A stretch of 64,000 bases of DNA from Trichoplax adhaerens (lineage: Eukaryota > Animalia > Placozoa): contig NW_002060943.1 of the NCBI RefSeq assembly GCF_000150275.1, positions 9,456,209 to 9,520,208 of the forward strand, written 5' to 3'. Below, in pieces: positions 57,370 to 64,000 of the stretch; the first letter of the stretch is position 1; the number at the start of each line of letters is the position of its first letter. The notes under the pieces are model-generated. The model was not told the origin of the DNA and did not search any database. It saw only the letters and a list, made by a program, of their open reading frames with translations. A program made the position numbers and the translations under genes.

Positions 57370-59870
57370 TCAAGAAAATTTAAGTCATCTTTGCTAAAAA
57401 ATTCTCGTGAAAATGCCGAAAACCTAAACTTACACGGTTAATGTTTACTATAATACCTGCAAGATCCTAGTTGGCGTGCTGAGTATTATTGCTATTACTT
57501 TTGTATAAACAACGATACCCTTACACTGTCTTATCATGCCAATTTATAGAACAGGTGTATCTTGAACTTCTTAGCTTGATATGACTGCTTTATTGCATCT
57601 CATGAAAGTTATCTCGCTATGAAGTTGGTAGTCTATTTATTATAGCCGTCCTAACGTAGATACGCGTATAATACGTAATACCTTTAATATAGGGATTTTT
57701 ATATACAGTATTATGAAACAACGGTGATTAAGATTCGTAGAAAAAAAAACTGCTTTTTATTTCTTTGCAAAAGAATAAAACGAAAACAAAAAATTTGCTG
57801 ATGGATTGTAAAGTTTAATGGGCTTGAATTAGAATTCTTGAAAGTTTATAGGGTAAAGGTAATCGTCTAATCAAATAGATCCAGATTTTAAAAATCTTTG
57901 CAATCGAGTAAACTGATACAGTTTACGTTCTATGGAATATGATGCAAGTTGCCCTTAAAAGATGTAGCTGTTACGTAGCATCTCAAGCGTATATCGTATA
58001 ATAATTATTTCTCTCTGATACCGCATATTAAAACTCATACTTACAGTATTCCAACCCACGATTGTTCGTATTATTCGAGGAAAATAAATTACAGAAGTTA
58101 ACGAAAGAGGAATACTGACCTCAGTCAAGCTAATTACATAAATGACTCAAGCTTACTCAAATATTCCTTGTACATTTGCCTTTTATTGTAGAATTTTACG
58201 ATGGAATGTTAACACTAAAAGGAAGAGTTAATAAGAAGGTTCTAAGGCTATATCAATAAAGCCACTTAGGTGTTATAATAGGGTGCATAATTGGATATAA
58301 TATATTATAGATTTGATTTCTTATTGAACAAGTTAAGCATGAAAGTATTACCCAACATATATCTACAGTATATGATGAATACACATGTTTTATATATTAT
58401 ATGTAAGCATATATTAATTCCAAATCTATATAATACCATATTAGACTACAGTTTTCCATCTTACCATAAAAGTAGATAGATAAGACCTTATCTATCTAAC
58501 AGTGTACTTGTATATATATATATATGTTACGGCCAAAACCCGAAGTCTATATATATATGGATATCAAAATTAGTTATAGCACAGCTAGCACAGTATAGAT
58601 TTTAGTAACTTTATTCATGTAACATTAGCAAGATTAACTAATTTATAGCTATTAACATTAGTACTCGTATAAGGTGGTAGAAGATGTTTATGCCAGTTGG
58701 ATATAAAGTGCGATCTTCCTGGAGTTGTTGATTCTGATATTCCGTTAACATTAAACTCCCGATAAATTGTAATGAAATGTATTGCTATCCGCTGACGTTT
58801 CACTGGATTTAAATTTTATCCCCGGTCTGACTGTACTGTATGTATTATAATTATTAACAGTTGATTGCCAGATAAATGTATGCGATTCGTATTAACGCAT
58901 ATAAATCTGGTTAACTGGATTAAATGCATGAACAAAAAATATACGCAATACTCGTATTATACGACTAGTAATCGACTAGTAATTTTTTAGTGTATATGTA
59001 CGTCTAGAGCAGTATAAATTGGTACTTTGAGGCGTTTTGCATCTTTCTGCCCAGTAGTAAAACGAAACGAAAATTCCAAGTCTTCTTTGTAATAATGATA
59101 GTTGTTACATAACACTGAAGGATGCTAAGGATATTTAGAGATGTCGAATATCGTATGTTTATTCAGATATCAGAGGCGAGATGAGGACAGTTAGTAAATT
59201 GACAGCCTGAGTATCAGCTAGATCAAGAAAGTATCCGATAGCAAGAAGAAAATCATGGATCATTTATGTCGTTACCTGTTTGTTATATAATCATACAGTA
59301 TAAAGAGTACATTCATGTGTTAACAACTAAAGGAGTCCCATACCTCACGAGTCAACCTGGAGATAATTTTATGAATCGTGTTAATCTTTCAATAAATTTG
59401 AAAAAGCTAGATTATGTAAGATTTTATTGATATTTTGCACATAATGAAGAATTCGTTAAGCTGCATTTAAAATTTTGATGTACAAAGTTATCTTAAAAAG
59501 AAAGTCATAAACTATTAAATAGACGTATAAAAAATGTAGTAATACTATGTTAGATATACGAGTTTACAGAGTACAGTATACGTTAGTGACAACAACAATT
59601 ATAATTATTGAAGAATAACAGAATATGTTGCAAATGAAGATTTAAGATTTATAGTTTTTCTTCTGATGCCAATATGACACTCATCAACATGCGTTATCGT
59701 ACAAAAGATATCGCTTTTCTATTACTGTATTTTCGATTTTTACATGACGTCGCCATTTGATACTTAACTGCACACATCGTTGCAACAGTAGTAATTACAT
59801 TCATATTTACATTTTCTTGAGGGCAGAATTTGCAAATTGCAAGCACACACAAAAGTGGCGTCCAATGATT

Positions 59871-61724
59871 TCAATCTTTGGAGTGAATAGCAGAAGCGAC
59901 TGCTCTTTTAGCTTTGACTAGTGCAGCAAGTTCCTTATATCTTTTTAAACATTCTTTTTTCGTGCGCCCGGGTATAGCCGCAGCGATCCTGTCCCAACGT
60001 TCGGGAACTGACGAAGGATAGGTTTTCAAAGCCTTTTCCAATAGCTTTTGCTCATTAGCTGTCCATGGTTCTTCGACGTTATTTTTCTCATGGCTTACTG
60101 AGCTACTATCACTGTTTGCATCAACATCTTTAAATTGCGATTTACTAAATGAGGAAAAGGCATCTTCATTCGCTTTTTGCTTTCGAGTCTCAAATCCTTC
60201 ATTTTGCATTGCTTTAACTTTAGCAATTACTTCTTTCGAAGTTCGATTAATATGGTCTGACCCGTGAACTTTTAAAAACGAAGCTATACAATCCCACCTA
60301 TCTACCGTTCCAGGAGGAAAAACTTTAACAGCCTTGACTAGCAGTTGCTCTTCTTCATCATTCCAGGATCTGGAAGAACGGTTGCTACTATTCTCACCTT
60401 TAGTTGTTTGATCTTGACTGACTGGAAGCTCATCACGTAATTGGATCTCACGTAACTTTTTGAGTACTTCTTCGATATGATTTCGAAAAATTACACCAAT
60501 GGTCTCAGCATTACCAGCAGACATATCGCTATTCAAAGATTTGAGTTGATCTAATGTTAAATTATTACATAAAGATTCTACTTCCTCCATTCCTTTTAGG
60601 CGTTCCTCGTCGCTATTAGCAAAATAGTTGTGTCGTTTGCATATCGTCCGAAGAGTTTTCCGCTCTTTCTTAAGCATTTTTTTTAATTCTTCTCGTTCTC
60701 GCTTAATTTTATCGGCCTTCTCTTTCTCCTCTTTTTGTAATATTTCATTTCTTTTTCGTTCTTCGTCTAGTTTCATCCGTCGAATCCTCTCATTTTCTTC
60801 TTGTAAAGCTCTCGCAGCTTCAATCTTTGCCTTTTTTAACGCGGCTTTTCTCTCTTTTTGTTCCTCCTTAAATTTCTTAATGCGTGGATCACAAGAATAT
60901 GCATTATCAACCAACTGTCTAATTCTTCCGCTGTCTTCTTTTTTCTTCTTCTGTCTTGCTACTTTGTTCTGTTTCTCCATCCATCTGCGTTCTTCACGGT
61001 TCTCAGCTTTACTGAGATCTTCTTCATCCTGATAGGAAAATTCTCGCCAGGACTCGAAATTATACCAAAAGTTATAAAAAGTCTCAACGTCCTTGAAGCT
61101 TGTATTTTCGTCTCCAAGTGACGGAACCGGTTGAATGATAGAAAATCTTGCATTCGATTCAAAGCAGGGAGTAAAGGATTTAAAAAAATTTTCTTTAGAG
61201 TTCACACAAGGTGGTGGAATACTATCATCAAAGGTCGGATCAATGCTGTCATAAGCCTTCCTTTTCTGTGAATGACCTAGAATCTCATATGCTTTGGTTA
61301 TACATGTAAATATTGCCTCTGTAATTTCAATATTATTACGTCCTACTTCCCTAGTAGATTTATCAGGATGATACTTTAATACCGTTTGCTTGTAACAGCG
61401 TTTAATTTGTTCTTCACTTGCACGGAATCGCAGAGATTTTAATCCCAATATAGAGTAATGATCTTGGGATTTCCACTCCCTTGGATCTAAACTAGCTAAG
61501 TAATCTTCGCTAATTTCATCTTCAATACATAGGCTAGTTGATTCCGCGCTACTTTCCTCCGCTGGAACTCTGTAAGGGTCTCCAATGGCATTATACGTTT
61601 GATTTTTATCTGATCCACGCCAATAACTTTCAAACCATTTACCAATAGGTTCTACTGATCTCAGAACTGGCCGAGAAGTTAACGAAATAACGACACTTTT
61701 GCAATCTAACAACGAATCTACCAT
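59871..61724 (-). CDS. DNAJC2: DnaJ homolog C2 (MPP11/zuotin): J domain + two SANT domains, intronless coding region
   Basis: VEPIGKWFE, DPREWKSQDHYSILGL, HPD motif (KYHPDK), FYNFWYNFESWREFSY, SANT repeats WNDEEEQLL..RWDCIA and WTANEQKLLEKAL..RWDRIA. First ATG (MVDSLL) at 61724; the ORF track begins at an upstream TTG. Confidence 0.96.
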   Translation of the reverse strand: MVDSLLDCKSVVISLTSRPVLRSVEPIGKWFESYWRGSDKNQTYNAIGDPYRVPAEESSAESTSLCIEDEISEDYLASLDPREWKSQDHYSILGLKSLRFRASEEQIKRCYKQTVLKYHPDKSTREVGRNNIEITEAIFTCITKAYEILGHSQKRKAYDSIDPTFDDSIPPPCVNSKENFFKSFTPCFESNARFSIIQPVPSLGDENTSFKDVETFYNFWYNFESWREFSYQDEEDLSKAENREERRWMEKQNKVARQKKKKEDSGRIRQLVDNAYSCDPRIKKFKEEQKERKAALKKAKIEAARALQEENERIRRMKLDEERKRNEILQKEEKEKADKIKREREELKKMLKKERKTLRTICKRHNYFANSDEERLKGMEEVESLCNNLTLDQLKSLNSDMSAGNAETIGVIFRNHIEEVLKKLREIQLRDELPVSQDQTTKGENSSNRSSRSWNDEEEQLLVKAVKVFPPGTVDRWDCIASFLKVHGSDHINRTSKEVIAKVKAMQNEGFETRKQKANEDAFSSFSKSQFKDVDANSDSSSVSHEKNNVEEPWTANEQKLLEKALKTYPSSVPERWDRIAAAIPGRTKKECLKRYKELAALVKAKRAVASAIHSKD

Positions 61725-61824
61725 CCTGAAGTGATCAGCTCTCTTGAGGTTCTCTGGCAAGATCAGGTACCTTGCAAAATGAAAGCATGGTATATACTAG
61801 CATAGTAAAAGTTTCTGCTGCAGT

Positions 61825-61940
61825 AAGGTACTGTACCGTACACCCAGTACTGCACTATACTGTACAGTATAGAGTAGAGAGCATTGCGCATTATACTCGC
61901 CTTGTGATACTTCGCATGCTGTACACTATAGTACATGACT
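61825..61940. promoter_or_regulatory. CAGTA/TACTG-rich island upstream of DNAJC2
   Basis: GTACTGTACCGTACACCCAGTACTGCACTATACTGTACAGTA. Confidence 0.6.
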
Positions 61941-62049
61941 ATACTCGTCCTTTTACTTTACACATAATCGCTCTCGGTTATATTTATATAAGAAATAAAT
62001 CATAATCATAATGTGAAATGTAATGCAAATACAGTGGTTGTAATTAAAC

Positions 62050-62636
62050 CATCCAGATAGTTGTATATATAGTATTGTAAAATACAGGAATTTGACTGAA
62101 ATTTAAACGCGTGCTTGATATCAAAATTTCTGAAACTACTGCATGCAATTCAGCATGCACACCTAGAGCCTAGAATAGATTCCGAGGTATTTATCGTAAA
62201 CATGGTAATTATAATCGAATCATCCAGATAGTTGTATAGCATTGTAAAGTACAAGAATCTGACTGAAATTTAAACACATACTTGATGTCAAAATTTCTGT
62301 AACTACTGCATGCAATTCAGCATGCACACCTAGAGCCTAGAATAGATTCCGAGGTATTTATCGTAAACATGGTAATTATAATCGAATCATCCAGATAGTT
62401 GTATAGCATTGTAAAATACAAGAATCTGACTGAAATTTAAACGCATACTTGATGTCAAAATTTCCATAACTACTGCATGCAATTCAGCATGCACACCTAG
62501 AGCCTAGAATAGATTCCGCGGTATTTATCGTAAATATGGTAATTATAATCGAATCATCCAGATAATTGTATAGTAATTCAGCGTACACAACTGGAGCCTA
62601 GAATAGATTCCACGGTATTTATCGTAAACATGGTAA
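62050..62636 (+). repeat. Tandem array, 167-171-bp unit, ~3.5 copies
   Basis: Units start with CATCCAGATA at 62050, 62221, 62388 and 62555; the last has an internal deletion. Confidence 0.95.
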
Positions 62637-62796
62637 ATAGGGTTTACTGTTAATAGAGTATTTAAGATTACACTCAATCGAACACAAAAGTACTTGCGTC
62701 AGGTTGCAACTCCACCGAGTACAGCATTAACTGTCAATTAGAATAACCATCTTAACAGCAGCATAATTATTAACCAATCCTTAAGAATTGATCATT

Positions 62797-63015
62797 CTAT
62801 ATTGATAGTAATATTTTCATGTTGATTCCATTTATCCATTGCTGCGTCATAATTACCGCAAAAAGACTGGTCATGTACACTGTATAATTGTCTACCTCTT
62901 CTACATCATATCTATATTCAGAATAAATTTCTTCCCACGTGGTATTGCTTGCAATTGACTTACATATGAAGATGAATACCAAGTGCAAAACAGCGAGAAA
63001 ACGTTTCCATGTCAT
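62797..63015 (-). CDS. Candidate small secreted/membrane peptide ORF (72 aa)
   Basis: MTWKRFLAVLHLVFIFICKSIA-SNTTWEEIY...: signal-peptide-like N-terminus and NTT/NYT sequons. Confidence 0.35.
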   Translation of the reverse strand: MTWKRFLAVLHLVFIFICKSIASNTTWEEIYSEYRYDVEEVDNYTVYMTSLFAVIMTQQWINGINMKILLSI

Positions 63016-63518
63016 ATGGTTACATACCAAGCATATTATTAACTACGAATCATGCATTTCATCATTTATTAACATTACGTCGAAATGTATTACGTGGCTT
63101 TTACATACTAACATTTTCAAATATATTATCTGAAATTCAAGACCCGTTTAATTAATGCCATCTTTGCATTTTCTGAACGCCCCAACTTAAAATGCATAAG
63201 ATCTCACAGACGATCATAATTGACAAGTGTGGTATACTATACCTACATACGTTCAGTATATAGATAATTTAAAAACAAATTATTGTCATCGATCTACACA
63301 AGTATGGATACAATAACATTCTCGTTCTTATGTCATGCTAAGAGCAAATTATTATAAGCTACTAGCTGAAATAAGAATAAGCTGTTGAGAAAAAATAGAC
63401 ATACGAAATATTTCATTCGAATATTAAACTTTATTCTAAACCAGTTACATAAGTATCGATTTGTTAGAATGCAAATTACAGCATTTAGTACAGTATTAAC
63501 TGTTCATTTGCCGTATAC

Positions 63519-63816
63519 TTACTGCTTCGGCGATAATTCTCTTAATGATACTAATACAGAGGATATAATAGCAGCACAATCATGAGCTGCTGCTAACTGA
63601 AATTCTGCAAATTTTAATAATTCATCTTTGACATCTCGGGACCGTGCATGACTGAAGCGTTTCAACTGCATGTAAATCAAAGAATTTTGTTATATAGCAA
63701 AATATTAATAGAAATTTTGCTTGTAATTGTATAGTTATCAAAATATGCACCTCATTCTTTGCAGTTTCTGTGGTTTGTTCATAGGCATCCTTTGTTTCCT
63801 TTCGCTTCGCTTCCGC
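63519..63816 (-). CDS. 3' exons of a coiled-coil, BAR/sorting-nexin-like gene continuing beyond the window
   Basis: AEAKRKETKDAYEQTTETAKNE / LKRFSHARSRDVKDELLKFAEFQLAAAHDCAAIISSVL...*. Resembles the last helix of SNX-BAR domains (E..RF...R..D.K..L..FAE.Q). Confidence 0.6.
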
Positions 63817-64000
63817 CTTGAAATACAGTATCAGAGTATTAATTTTACGATAAGGTATAACCTTTACAAGCGCAGCACAGTTTATAAGTATTAGTTTAAG
63901 TTCTGAATCTTACAACCAGGCTAGAAATCGACTACAGCAATCAGCTCAATATTTCAAACTCGCTTAATAACGCTACTTGAAACGCATATTTGCGCTTGTA

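Noticed and set aside
58615-58803. Short ORFs between the RhoGEF gene and DNAJC2
   Set aside because: No family signal and no consistent splice model.
60628-61162. Antisense and alternate-frame ORFs within DNAJC2
   Set aside because: Shadows of the K/E/R-rich coding strand.

Overview
AT-rich, intron-dense animal genomic DNA with mostly short GT-AG introns. The gene set (R-Smad, germ cell-less, SAFB), the compactness and the ACAGT-type repeats suggest a placozoan such as Trichoplax; this is inference, not verified. Splicing exons by hand gives these genes: SPMIP1/ATP6V1FNB(+), IMMP2L(-), RFT1(+), germ cell-less/GMCL1(-), WDR82(+), Smad2/3(-), DHFR(+), ISOC2-like(-), SAFB/SLTM(-), an unannotated 65-aa membrane microprotein(+), a DH-PH-MORN RhoGEF(+), an intronless DNAJC2(-), and the 3' end of a BAR/sorting-nexin-like gene(-). 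The most striking unexplained structure is non-coding. Genes are arranged mostly in head-to-head pairs, and each divergent promoter carries an 'island' of CAGTA/TACTG pentamers in both orientations. Several islands contain tandem GC-richer cassettes (TCCGGAC/YAGAC or CATCGAAAATAATCA). The one ciliary gene lacks an island and has an RFX X-box instead. Other items: a 323-bp near-identical duplication 46 kb apart, a 167-bp tandem array, an in-frame mitochondrial-presequence-like uORF before DHFR, and a structured element in SAFB intron 1. Exon boundaries were read by eye and no database searches were run.
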